Shown here: piece by piece, positions 49,093 through 60,894 of the stretch
Layout: every line of letters starts with the position of its first letter
Position numbering within the stretch: the stretch's first letter is position 1
Assembly: GCA_002269645.1 (NCBI GenBank)
Contig: NIVC01002868.1
Coordinates: 1 to 64,000 of the forward strand
Length of the DNA stretch: 64,000 nucleotides
Direction: 5' to 3'
Source: Macrostomum lignano
Taxonomy: Eukaryota
Made by a program: the position numbers and the translations under genes
Notes under the pieces: model-generated
Seen by the model: the letters and a program-made list of their open reading frames with translations, nothing else
The model's database searches: none
Told to the model about the DNA's origin: nothing

Positions 49093-49159
<67 letters not shown>

Positions 49160-49160
49160 G

Positions 49161-49195
<35 letters not shown>

Positions 49196-49196
49196 G

Positions 49197-49251
<55 letters not shown>

Positions 49252-49252
49252 G

Positions 49253-49296
<44 letters not shown>

Positions 49297-49305
49297 AGTC
49301 AGTCA

Positions 49306-49374
<69 letters not shown>

Positions 49375-49376
49375 AC

Positions 49377-49425
<49 letters not shown>

Positions 49426-49444
49426 GGTTGTCTGTCTGTCTGTG

Positions 49445-49475
<31 letters not shown>

Positions 49476-49516
49476 GTGTCTGTCTGTCTGTCTGTCTGTG
49501 TGTCTGTCTGTCTGGC

Positions 49517-49569
<53 letters not shown>

Positions 49570-49572
49570 GTG

Positions 49573-49615
<43 letters not shown>

Positions 49616-49656
49616 GTGTCTGTCTGTCTGTGTGTCTGTCTGTCTGTCTATCTGTG

Positions 49657-49693
<37 letters not shown>

Positions 49694-49696
49694 GTG

Positions 49697-49763
<67 letters not shown>

Positions 49764-49816
49764 GTGTCTGTCTGTCTGTCTGTCTGTCTGTCTTTTAGTC
49801 TGTCTGTCTGTCTGTG

Positions 49817-49849
<33 letters not shown>

Positions 49850-49853
49850 TTTA

Positions 49854-49885
<32 letters not shown>

Positions 49886-52800
49886 GTTTGTCTGCCTGTC
49901 TCTCTGTCTGCCTGTGTGTCTATCCGCCTCTATCTCCTGCTTACTAACTGTGAACTGTCAGTTGCACAGAAGCATTCAGCAAGTGTCACACACTTTCATT
50001 AGCAAAATCATTCGACTCATAATATAACTTTTATTCAACGACAATTTTGCTTATTTACTCAGAATTTTTTCATGCTTTGAAGTTGTTTGGTGCTTTATTA
50101 AAATATAAAGTACATGTTGAATGCGGTGCAACTACTTATAGTAGCTTGCCTTTTTGCCTCTGATTCTTGTGGTTGTCAGTGGAACTTCAGTGTCACGTGA
50201 GACATTTTCATAAGTAATTTCCTCTTTTTTAAGTAATACTGTTAAGCTTTTTATTAACTAAATTAAGAAAAAATATTTGAATGCAATTTTTATTGACTAA
50301 TACTCGTAAAGAATAACCAACTACAGCTTCTGTTATTACGTGTTTACTCAAATTTCAGGACTCAGTCGCAAAGGTAATTATAGACAGAAAAATGCTCGTT
50401 TTAATCAGGTTGGGGGTCCTTGAAAAAGTGTTGTCTTCCTAATTGAGAGCGCTTAAATAAATAAATCATTTGCACAGTATATGTGTATTTTTCTACATCT
50501 TGTAGTACATTGTGTCCTGTTGCTTTTGTCTCTGTCCGCCTGTGTCTTCTTCCAGGTAGAAAATATTGCTATGTAAACTATCATAGAATTTGAAGTCTTT
50601 TTTGAAATTATTATGCCAGCCTGTGATCTATCATCATCTATGTTTCTCTTTTATAATTCTTAATTGTGTCATATTTTTACTAAATTACTTTAATTTTATA
50701 CTCTAATTCTATTTTTAAATACTTTGTTATTTTTTAAGGATCTGAGCTTTCTATTGGCTGTGCTGGCTAGAAAGCGAGGTGCTCCGCCTAATAAAATACT
50801 GGCTCACCTGGATGATGCAATTCAGCAGCATTTTGCCAGCTTCAAGGTGAGGCTTTAAATTTTAGAATGTACAGTCGCTGTTGAGAATTCCCTGGATTTA
50901 TAAGTGCACATAAGCAGTATTCCCTTGAATTTCCCAGTGTACTCGTACATTATAGGAATTCCCTGGGATTTCCCAGTGTACATTATAGGGATTTCCTTGG
51001 ATTTCCCAGTGTACATTATAGGAATTCCCTAGGATTTCCCTGTGTAAAGTTTAGGGATTCCACCACAGGATTTCCGGGTGTACGATATATGGGATTCCCT
51101 GGGACTTCAAAGTTGACAGTTATAAGAATTCCCTAGATTTCCCAGGGGAATTTCCCTGTATACAGTAGGGATTCCAGTGCGGAATTGCAGTGCGGAAATT
51201 AGCGTCAATTAGTCTTTTTAGGTCGTCATCAATTTTTTTATTTTACAGTCCCCTACTTGACATCCCCACCTGCAGGGCCTGGCTCTCGGCCCGGACTACT
51301 ATCACTCTCTCAACCCGGACTTCCTCATCCAACTGGTGCACGAGTATCTGGTCCACGCGCCTCAGAAGCCGTCGGCAGCTGGTGGCGGTCAAGTAATCGA
51401 TCCGGTTCTGCGCCGGTGCACCCAACTGCTGGACCCGCTGACCAGAGCAATGCCCGGTCTGCTGGAGGCTCTGTACCAGATGGCCAAGATCCGCTACCTG
51501 CTGGGTGACAATGAGTCAGCTCTGGCCAAGCTGGAGACTTGCATCGACAATGACCCGGCGTTCAGTGCCGCATTCCTGTTGAAAGCCCAGATCCTGGTGC
51601 ACCAGGGTAACCTGAGACTTGCCGAGCAGGCACTGGACAATGCACTGAGTCACAATTTCGAAGTTCGAGACTCGCCTCTGTATCATCTGACATTGGCCAG
51701 GGTGTTGAAAGGCCAGAAACGGCTTGATGAAGCTATCCAGAGTCTGCAAGCCGCTGTTAAACTGATTAGCAGTGCTCAGCAGGTAAACTAAATGAGAATA
51801 TGTGGTACTATTTAGCGTGAATGTAGCAGTAGCATAAGTGACTATTGTCAGCGATCTCTGCCCAGTTCATGTGTACTTACAGGGAATTCCCTAGCTTTCA
51901 TGCGTACACTAAGGAAATTCTCTACATTTATCTGCACAGTTGGGGACAGTTGGGGAATCCCTCAGAGTCATATGTACAGATAGGGTATCCAATTAGATTC
52001 ATGCATTTATGTACAGTAAAGGAATTCCCTAGATCCCAATGTACAGTGAGAGAATTCCCTTAGATTCCAATGTACAGTAAGGGGACCCCATTAGATCCAA
52101 ATGTACAGTAAGGGAATTCCCTAGCTTCAAATATACGGCGAGGGAATTTCCTTAGATTCAAAAAGTACAGTGAGGGAATTCCCTTAGATTCAAATGTACA
52201 GTGAGGGAATTCCCTAGATTCAAATGTACAGTGGGGAAATTCCCTTAGATTCAAATGTACAGTGGGGCAATTCCCTTAGATTCAAATGTACAGTAAGGCA
52301 ATTCCCTTAGATTCAAATGTACAGTAAGGCAATTCCCTTAGATTCAAATGTACAGTGAAGGAATTCCCCATAAATTCAAATATACATCAAAGGAATTCCG
52401 TAGCTACGCAATTAACCCCAGATTTTCCAGACTCCACTCAAGCATCATCATACCTATCTTAAATAAAATATCTCGCACCACTAGGCGGCCGCTAAGAAGG
52501 GCGCTCAGCAACAGCAGCAGCAGCAGTCGCAGCAATCTCAACAGATGACCAGCGCCGATAGACTCAGCGTCTACTTAGAGCTCGCCGAGGTGTACCGCCT
52601 CGCCGATCGGCCTCACGAAGCCACCAAAGTGCTGCAAGATGCTCAGAACGATTTCGCTGGCAGTCCTGAGGAGGTCCGCGTCACCATCAGCAACGCTGAC
52701 TTGGCCCTGCAGCGAGGCGACATTGAGATGGCGCTGGGCACCCTGCGGACCGTCACGCCTGACCAGGCCTACTTCACCGAGGCCAGGAAACGGATGGCTG

Positions 52801-55800
52801 ATATCTACCTGCAGCATCGCAAGGTGCGCGTTTGATTGTCTGGAATCTTGTCAGACTTGTCTGGAATCTTGTCAGACTTATCTGGAATCTTGTCAGACTT
52901 ATCTGGAATCTTGTCAGACTTGTCTGGAATCTTGTCAGACTTATCTGGAATCTTGTCAGACTTGTCTGGAATCTTGTCAGACTTGTCTGGAATCTTGTCT
53001 GACTTATCTGGAATCTTGTCTGACTTATCTGGAATCTTGTCAGACTTATCTGGAATCTTGTCTGACTTATTTGGAATCTAGTCAGACTTATCTAGAATCT
53101 TTTCAGCCTTATCTAGAATCTTGTCAGACGTATCTAGAATCTTGTCAGACTTTAAGGTATCTAGAATACATATATGGAATCTTGTAAGACTTATCTGGAA
53201 TTTCGTCAGGCTTTTCTTGAATCTTGTCAGACCTAACTTTAAATATGGTTAAACTTATCTGGAATCTTGTCAGACATATTAAAAATCTCGTCAGACTTAT
53301 CTGGAATCTTGTCATGCTTGTATGAAATCTTGTCAGAATTTTTTGGGATATTGTCAGTCTTTTCTGGAATCTTGTCAGACTTATCTAGAATCATGTCAGA
53401 CTTATCTAGAATCTTGTCAGACTTATCTAGAATCTTGTCAGACTTATCTAGAATCTTGTCAGACTTATCTAGAATCTTGTCAGACTTATCTAGAATCTTG
53501 TCAGACTCATCTAGAATCTTGTCAGACTTATCTAGAATCTTGTCAGACTTATCTAGAATCTTGTCAGACTTATCTAGAATCTTGTCAGACTTATCTAGAA
53601 TCTTGTCAGACTTATCTAGAATCTTGCCAGACTTATCTAGAATCTTGTCAGAACTAATTGAAATCTTGTCAGACTTATTTTAATATTGTCAAACTTATTT
53701 AGAATATTGTCAGACTTTTCTCAAATATCGTCAGACTTATTTAGAATCTTGTCAGACTTATCTAGAATCTTGTCAGACTTATCTAGAATCTTGTCAGACT
53801 TATCTAGAATCTTGTCTACCCCATCATGACCCCGCCAGGACAAGCGCCTGTACGCCGCGTGCTACCGCGAGCTGGCTGAGAAGATGCAGACCCCGGAGAC
53901 CGACCTGCTGCTTGCAGACGCCTACATGGCCATCCAGGAGCCCGAGAAGGCCATCGAAATCTACGAGAGCGTGCTCAAGCGGAACAGCAGAGACGCAGCT
54001 TTGGCCACAAAGATGGGCCAGGCTCTGGTGAAATGCCACAGCTACAAGAAAGCCGTCACCTACTATGAGCACGCGCTCAAATCTGGTCAGACTTTTTTAA
54101 GATTCGATCTTGCTCAACTGCTGCTCAGGCTGAAGCAGTACGATAAGGCTGAGAAGACTCTGGCCCCTGCTGAGGAGACCAGTTCCGAGGATCCGGTGCT
54201 TGCCGCCAAGCTGCTGCATCTCAGATCTCAGGTCTTTGTTCAGCAGGGTCGAACTCAGGAGGCCGCCGAGGCGCTCAACTCGGCCAAGACTCTGCTCACC
54301 AAAGCGCTGCGCCGGGGCGTTGAGAATGCCGATGAGGAGCAGGTGAGGCTGAAGATGGGGGAGAATTTCGGGTCCGATTCTGAAAAGCAAGGAAAGCCTA
54401 TTCTGAATTTTTAACGACTCAAGCGCGTCACGTCAGTTTGTAAAGTCGTCCAAGAATGGTTTTGTTGGCGCTTAACTTTCGATAGAGATGCGACTCAAAT
54501 TCATATCTAGCGACGCAGATGTACTTTAAACACTACTCATTGTCTGCAGCGATTCTAGCACGCCTCAGATACGACACTGACGACTTCTGCCCCATTGTCG
54601 CAGTAAATAAAACGCTTCAAAATTGACTTTGAGGCTAAATTAGAATCTCGGCTTGGCTCTGCTCGTGCAATTAACGGCCTTGATGGCCAACCCCCAAGGC
54701 GCAGTGAAGTGTACATGTCTAACGATAATATAAAGTTAGGGCCGCTGTACACTCCTGTGTGAGTGTGTGCCTGCGCGTTTGACTGCTCAGGGGAGTCGGC
54801 GGAATGGGCAGCAATGCCTCTCGCCGGTTGTGTGACAATGTCGCTTATAAAGTGCACCAGACTGCACACAGCCTCCTGCCTTTGAGTCTAACAAAGTCCA
54901 CTCATGCCCCATCCCGCAGCTCCGGCAGCTGAAGGAGCGAATCCATCTGGAGGCAGCCCGACTGGCCAGGGACCGGGCAGACCTGGACTCCGCCAAGCAG
55001 CTGTACGCTGATGCCGGGCCCACAGGCGGCCTGGAGCTGGTGCGCCTGCTGATGTCTCAGGACGATTTGGACACCGCGCAGCAGCATGCGATGCGGCTGG
55101 TGGCGAAAAATCCTGAAGATGATCAGGCGGTGTTCCTCCTGGCTGAGCTGCTGTGCCAGCAGGGAGACCTGCAGCAAGCCGCCTATCACTACAGGTTGGT
55201 GATGCACAAGGTTCACAAAATCCCTAAATCCCCGGATTCACAAAATAATCCCTAAATCCCTAGATTCACAAAAATCCCCAAATTCCCAGATTCACAAAAA
55301 TCCCTAAATCCCCAGATTCACAAAAATCCCTAAATGCCCAGATTCACAAAAATCCCTAAATCCCCAGATTCACAAAAATCCCTAAATCCCCAGATTCACA
55401 AAAATCCCTAAATGCCCATATTCACAAAAAATCCCTAAATCCCCAGATTCACAAAAATCCCTAAATCTCTAGATTCACAAAATATCCCTAAATCCCCACA
55501 ATCACAATAATCCACAAATCCTCAAATTCCCAGATTCACAAAAATCCCTAAATCTCCATATTCACAATTATGCCGTCGCAGGCAGCTGCTGGAGTCCCGG
55601 CCGGACAACTACCCGGCCGTTGCCCGCCTCATCGACGTGCTGCGCCGTCTCGGCCGCCTCGAAGAAGCCGCCCCTTTCGTCCTCGCCCAGTCTGCGCGCG
55701 CCCGTGTCGATGGCGGCTTCTGCTACTACCGCGGCCTCTACGAGTGGCACTGCGGCAACGCTGGCGAGGCGCTGCGTCAGCTGAACCGGGCCCGGCTGGA

Positions 55801-55928
55801 CTCTGACTTCCAGCAGGAGGCCGTGTTCTGCATGGTGGAGATCTGCATCAATCCCGATAACAACACGCTGGGAGGGGAGCTGTTCGACTCCGGGTGAGCT
55901 GGGGGAGACAGCTGTCTGTCTGTCTGCC

Positions 55929-55981
<53 letters not shown>

Positions 55982-55992
55982 GCCTGCCTGCC

Positions 55993-56037
<45 letters not shown>

Positions 56038-56067
56038 GCCTGTCTGTCTGTCTGTCTGTCTGCCTGC

Positions 56068-56117
<50 letters not shown>

Positions 56118-56172
56118 GCCTGCCTGCCTGTCTGTCTGTCTGCCTGTCTGCCTGTCTGTCTGTCTGTCTGCC

Positions 56173-56233
<61 letters not shown>

Positions 56234-56284
56234 GTCTATCTGCTATCTATCTATCTGTCTATCTATCTATCTATCTGTCTATCA

Positions 56285-56320
<36 letters not shown>

Positions 56321-56321
56321 G

Positions 56322-56370
<49 letters not shown>

Positions 56371-56424
56371 ATATCTATCTATCTATTTATCTATCTGTCT
56401 ATCTATCTATCTATCTGTCTATCA

Positions 56425-56472
<48 letters not shown>

Positions 56473-56482
56473 GTCTATCTAC

Positions 56483-56520
<38 letters not shown>

Positions 56521-56561
56521 CTCTGTCTATCTATCTATCTACCTATCTATCTATTTATCTG

Positions 56562-56602
<41 letters not shown>

Positions 56603-56637
56603 ATATCTATCTATCTTTCTATCTATCTATCTATCTG

Positions 56638-56678
<41 letters not shown>

Positions 56679-58240
56679 ATATCTATCTATCTATCTATCT
56701 ATCTATCTGTCTATCTATCTATCCATCTATTCATCTATCTAATCTATCTATTCTAACCCCCAGCGACATGCCAGCCGGAGACGCAGAGTCCATGGGGCTG
56801 CGCACGGCGGAGCGCCTGCTGCACGAGTTGAAGCCCCGGAGCGGCCCGGGCGGCAACGCTGCTCGCCTTCGCGTGGAATACCTCAAAGCGATGGTGCTGG
56901 TGGCAGGCAAGCAGAAGGCAGGCGCTGACAAGGCCGTCCAGATCTTCAACCAGATGCTGAGCCAAGACAAACTGTACGTACCGGCCATCTACGGCCTGGC
57001 GGCAGCGCACATGGTGGCCAAGAACAGCGCCAAAGCTCGCAGCACACTGAAGCCGCTGGTCACGGTCACTTGGTCGCTTGAGTTTGCCGACGAGCTGGAG
57101 AAAGGCTGGCTGCTGCTGGCCGATATGAGTGTCCAGTCTGGCGGCAGCCGATCCGAAGGCGCCCAGGAGCTGCTGGCCAAGGTTCTGCAGCACAACAAGG
57201 CCTGCTACAAGGCCTACGAGTATTTGGGATTTCTAATGGAGAAGGAGCAGAACTACAAGGATGCGGCTAGGAATTATGAGCTGGCTTGGAGATATTCAAA
57301 TCAGACTAATCCGGCCATCGGATTCAAGCTGGCGTTCAACTATTTGAAGTCTAAGAAACTCGTGGAGGCTGTGGACATCTGCCACGTGGTGAGTTGCCGC
57401 CCTGCGGCTGCTGCGGGATAGGGGGAGATGCCGGTGCGGAGGGTTGAGGGACAAGTGGAGAAGGTAGGTTCGGAGGGTGTGGAGGGTAGAGTAGGAGGGT
57501 GTGGAGGGTAGGGTCGGAGGGTGTGAAGGGTAGAGTCGGAGGGTGAGGAGGGTAGAGTCGGAGGGTGTGGAGGGTAGGGTAGGAGGGTGTGGAGGGTAGA
57601 GTCGGAGGGTTTGGAGGGTAGGGTAGGAGGGTGTGGAGGGTAAGGTAGGAGGGTGTGGAGGGTAGAATCGGGGAGGGTGTGGAGGGTAAGGTAGGAGGGT
57701 GTGGAGGGTAAGGTAGGAGGGTGTGGAGGGTAGAATCGGGGAGAGTGTGGAGGGTAGAATCGGGGAGGGTGTGGAGGGTAGAGTCAGGGAGGGTGTGGAG
57801 GGTAGAGTCGGAGAGGGTGTGGAGGGTAGAGTCGGGGAGGGTGTGGAGGGTAGAGTCAGGGAGGGTGTGGAGGGTAGAGTCAGGGAGGGTGTGGAGGGTA
57901 GAGTTGGAGAGGGTGTGGAGGGTAGAGTCGGTGGGTATGGAGGGTAGGGTAGGAGGGTGTGGAGGGTAGAGTCGGAGAGGGTGTGGAGGGTAGAGTCGGA
58001 GAGGGTGTGGAGGGTAGAGTCAGGGAGGGTGTGGAGGGTAGAGTCGGAGAGGGTGTGGAGGGTAGAGTCGGTGGGTGACTCGGAGGACATGGATGGTGTG
58101 GAGGGTCCAAATCTACTCAAACTAACTAACCTATAAAACCTGTTTCTGCTCCCCCACCGCAGGTACTCAAGAACCACCCGACTTATCCGAAGATCAAGAA
58201 GGAAATTCTTGACAAAGCCAGACAGCAGATCCGAGCTTGA
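44847..58240 (+). CDS. TTC21B: IFT-A subunit IFT139 / TTC21B, 1315 aa, 12 exons
   Basis: Exons 44847-45278, 45898-46275, 47334-47432, 48189-48479, 50739-50846, 51276-51782, 52485-52823, 53839-54342, 54920-55194, 55582-55893, 56764-57388, 58163-58240; all GT-AG with phases consistent, 3948 nt. Many TPRs; diagnostic [49 protein letters not shown] and C-terminal [16 protein letters not shown]. Confidence 0.95.
45360..45810. repeat. ~17-18-bp minisatellite (GAGTACATGATCCTTAA)n, TTC21B intron 1
   Basis: Degenerate tandem copies. Confidence 0.9.
46290..47225. repeat. 27-bp minisatellite (CTTGGGATTTCCATGTAGTTTAGGAAT)n, TTC21B intron 2
   Basis: About 34 copies. Confidence 0.93.
47770..48125. repeat. 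24-bp minisatellite (ATAAATCCGCCCCTATCACTATCC)n, TTC21B intron 3
   Basis: About 14 copies. Confidence 0.93.
48722..49910. repeat. (TCTG)n microsatellite, ~1.2 kb, TTC21B intron 4
   Basis: Read directly. Confidence 0.97.
50885..51180. repeat. ~33-bp degenerate minisatellite (TTTCCCAGTGTACATTATAGGGATTTCCTTGGA), TTC21B intron 5
   Basis: Several degenerate copies. Confidence 0.8.
51930..52390. repeat. 30-31-bp minisatellite (GTACAGTGAGGGAATTCCCTTAGATTCAAAT)n, TTC21B intron 6
   Basis: About 13 copies. Confidence 0.9.
52835..53815. repeat. 21-bp minisatellite (TTATCTAGAATCTTGTCAGAC)n, TTC21B intron 7
   Basis: About 45 copies. Confidence 0.95.
54633..54880 (+). mobile_element. 5'-truncated SINE copy in TTC21B intron 8
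   Basis: High similarity by eye to 10740-11010. Confidence 0.75.
55205..55565. repeat. 26-bp minisatellite (CACAAAAATCCCTAAATCCCCAGATT)n, TTC21B intron 9
   Basis: About 13 copies. Confidence 0.93.
55912..56745. repeat. Compound (TCTG)n then (TCTA)n microsatellite, TTC21B intron 10
   Basis: Read directly; the switch is near 56215. Confidence 0.97.
57470..58100. repeat. G-rich 22-24-bp minisatellite (GGAGGGTAGAGTCGGAGAGGGTGT)n, TTC21B intron 11
   Basis: Tandem copies read directly. Confidence 0.93.
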
Positions 58241-58749
58241 CTCTATGAGGCAAAAGTACATGTGAATTTCATTATAAATCTGACTCATAGCTAATGCTAT
58301 AATATGTGATTGTTTTATTTTAATGAATATTATTAACATTCCGTTCAACCCACACTGGGTCAGTCACTGATTCCGTTTTTAATTGTTTCTTAGAAATTGG
58401 TTCTTAAATGCCCTTTGATCCGTCCTTTTGTTGTTTTCAACTCTGCTTTTTTACCCTTGTTTTTCTGAATCTATTAAGCTTTCTCACGTTAAACTAGCAT
58501 AGAATACAGTAGACTAATTAAGCACGAAGTCTTTATTAAAAGTCTTAAGACATTTAAGATAAGGTTCTGCAGAAATTTATTTATGAGTTATAATTGATTT
58601 GGACTTATTCAATTCTCAAGAACGATGGACGATGTTCTCATGCCCTAGTAAGCACCTATTCCTCGCTAGATCGCTATTTAATAAATTTATGTGAAATCCA
58701 CGTTTCACATTAACAAATTAAGGGGTCGTACTATTAGATGGCTACATAG

Positions 58750-58996
58750 ATGGCTTCAAGTGACATTGTCACACAACCGGCGAGAGGCATTACTACCCCA
58801 TACCGCCGACTCCCCTGAGCAGGCACACAAGCGCGCGGATATGTACGCAGTCCTATGCACAGGCACACACTCACACGGGAGTGTACAGCGGCCCTAACTT
58901 TATTTATCCTTAAACATGTACACCTCACTGTGTCTTGGGGTTGGCTCTTGCAATGGCGTTAATTGCACCAGCTGAGCCAAGCCGAGATTCCAGTTT
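58750..58996 (-). mobile_element. SINE copy in reverse orientation downstream of TTC21B
   Basis: Reverse complement of the 10740-10980 body (CAACCGGCGAGAGGCATTAC, GACTCCCCTGAGCAGG, GCCAAGCCGAGATTCC). Confidence 0.75.
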
Positions 58997-59611
58997 CTTC
59001 AAATGTAGCGAAAAAGTTTCCGGTAGGATTTCTGAGCAGATCTCTTACAATTCAGAGCAACATGGATTCGACTGGTTGCATCAAACGCTTCACGAAAGCA
59101 AGCCTGAGAAAGGTCCTGGAGCTGGAGGAGATCTCCCCTACTGTGCTCAGCGGCAGCCTACCACTCAGAACTGAGGAACAGGTATACGACTGCTGGCTAA
59201 GTCACATTAGATGCACCTAATAAGCTAAAATTCACAGCTCAAAGCCTGGGGCACTTGCTCATCAACTTTGAGCCCCCATTCCGTATAGTGTCTGCTGAGC
59301 AGTCCTCAGAGAAACATGCACGTGAGCTTGGAATTGTTGAAAAATCAACTCTGATTATGCTAAAATTGAATTCTAAAATCGGATGATGACGTGAGAAGTC
59401 AATGGTGGCAAAAAATCTGCACCAGAAAAAGCAGACGTTGAGACTGAAAGACACTGACAATGAGACGCTCACGGATTAAACAAATTCGCAAAATTCACGC
59501 AAAAATGCATTCGAACAATCCGAGCGCTGCGTTGAGATTCTACGCATCGAGGAGCAGCCACTGGTAGCAACCCAGCCTCCCCAAGGCATCGCGCAGTAAA
59601 CAGTTTTCTCT

Positions 59612-59625
59612 GTCGCCTTGGCAAC
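59612..59625. promoter_or_regulatory. Candidate RFX X-box
   Basis: GTCGCC-TT-GGCAAC fits the GTNRCC-N(0-3)-RGYAAC consensus, 138 bp upstream of the WSC gene ATG. Confidence 0.45.
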
Positions 59626-59762
59626 GCGATGCCATCGCAACGCGCCCGTACCCCAAATGGGGAGTTGGGAAACTGCATAAAGCCCGCAGTCCTGCAGCTG
59701 GCGAGAGGCACAAAAGCGAAAGCACATCCCGTCTCGTGAGACTCTCCACAGCCGCTCTGACC

Positions 59763-60171
59763 ATGCAGACTTTGTCAATTCTGCCGCTGATTCTCTGCTG
59801 TTGCATCGCTCTCGGCCACTCGCTGGGCGCTGAATTCGGCCACTTGGGCTGCTTCGTGGACACCGGAGATCGAGATATCAACGGTCTGAATGGCTGGTCC
59901 ACCATCGGGCCCTACTCGGTGACGTGGAACTCCGGGGGGACAGTCGAACTCAGCAGCATGACTCTGCAGCTTTGCAGCGAAATCTGCGCCTATGGAAAAT
60001 TCCGCTACTTTGGTGTTCAGCATTCAAGTTTTTGTTTCTGCGGAAACTCGTACGGCAAACACGGCAAGGCAGCTGACAGCGACTGCAACATGGCCTGCGC
60101 TGGAAACTCCGCCCAAATGTGTGGAGCTTGGGGGCGAAACTCCGTGTACCGGCAGGTCTACAATCGTCCAG
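59763..60171 (+). CDS. Signal peptide plus WSC-domain protein, first coding exon (3' exons not found in the window)
   Basis: MQTLSILPLILCCCIALGHSLG, then LGCFVD...MTLQLCSEICAYGKFRYFGVQHSSFCFCGN...CNMACAGNSAQMCGAWGRNSVY, the WSC cysteine pattern. Donor CCAG|GTGAGC after 60171 (phase 1). Confidence 0.85.
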
Positions 60172-60280
60172 GTGAGCGTAGCGAAATTTGTACAATCGGT
60201 GCATTTCTATACATGTACATGCACTTCCCCATGCACTGAGTACTGTAGCATCCATGGTTTAGCAATTCTACTTATAAGCA

Positions 60281-60430
60281 TCCTATATACTAAAAATGTG
60301 ATGTCTATATATATATATATGTGTGATAGATTAGAGAAAAAATGGCTGGACCGATTTTGTTCGAACTTGCGCTGTTCGATCAGAAATTTTCCCGTGACGG
60401 TACATGCATCGTGGCTAAGAAATTGCTCGA
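60281..60430 (+). mobile_element. Probable 5' end of another Helitron-like element
   Basis: A|TCCTATATACTAAAAATGTGATGTCT...GTGTG...AAATGGCTGGACCGATTTT resembles the 5' ends at 16770 and 26404; 3' end not identified. Confidence 0.4.
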
Positions 60431-60894
60431 TGCTAAAGGCATTAAATATTCGAAAAACATGCTTTTTTGCAAAGGTCAAGCAAACTTTTTGACTTGAAAT
60501 GCATTGTAAGAATGCTAGAGAAAAAACTGACTGGTTGAATTCTGACTCTGAAATAGATTGCATCATAACTGAATTGTAACTCCGACTTGAATTGAAAATG
60601 CAGTGTGGAAGCGTAGCACCAGACTTGATTTAAATTGCGTAACCATATTGTTAACTGATACTGACTGACTGAGAAACTGATTATGTCATAACTGCTTCGT
60701 GTGATTTACTCTATGCTTGGATTTAAAAGTGTTGAGTTATATAAGTGCAAAAGTTGATGTTATCAAAACGATGAGAGCTAGCCTAAAGGTGAACAAACTG
60801 AACTGCTAAATGCAGTGACGATGGTTTGAATTTTCATAGAGTATAATTTTTTTAATTAAAGCTTTTCAACGTCAGGAAAACTAAAAGACTTTTT

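Noticed and set aside
44070-52390. GGGATTTCC and GGGAATTCCC as functional NF-kB sites
   Set aside because: They are parts of minisatellite units with no evidence of function; kept only as part of the shared-core observation.
48638-58348. LSVC-, LSIY-, LESCQTY- and PSTP-repeat ORFs
   Set aside because: They are translations of intronic micro- and minisatellites.
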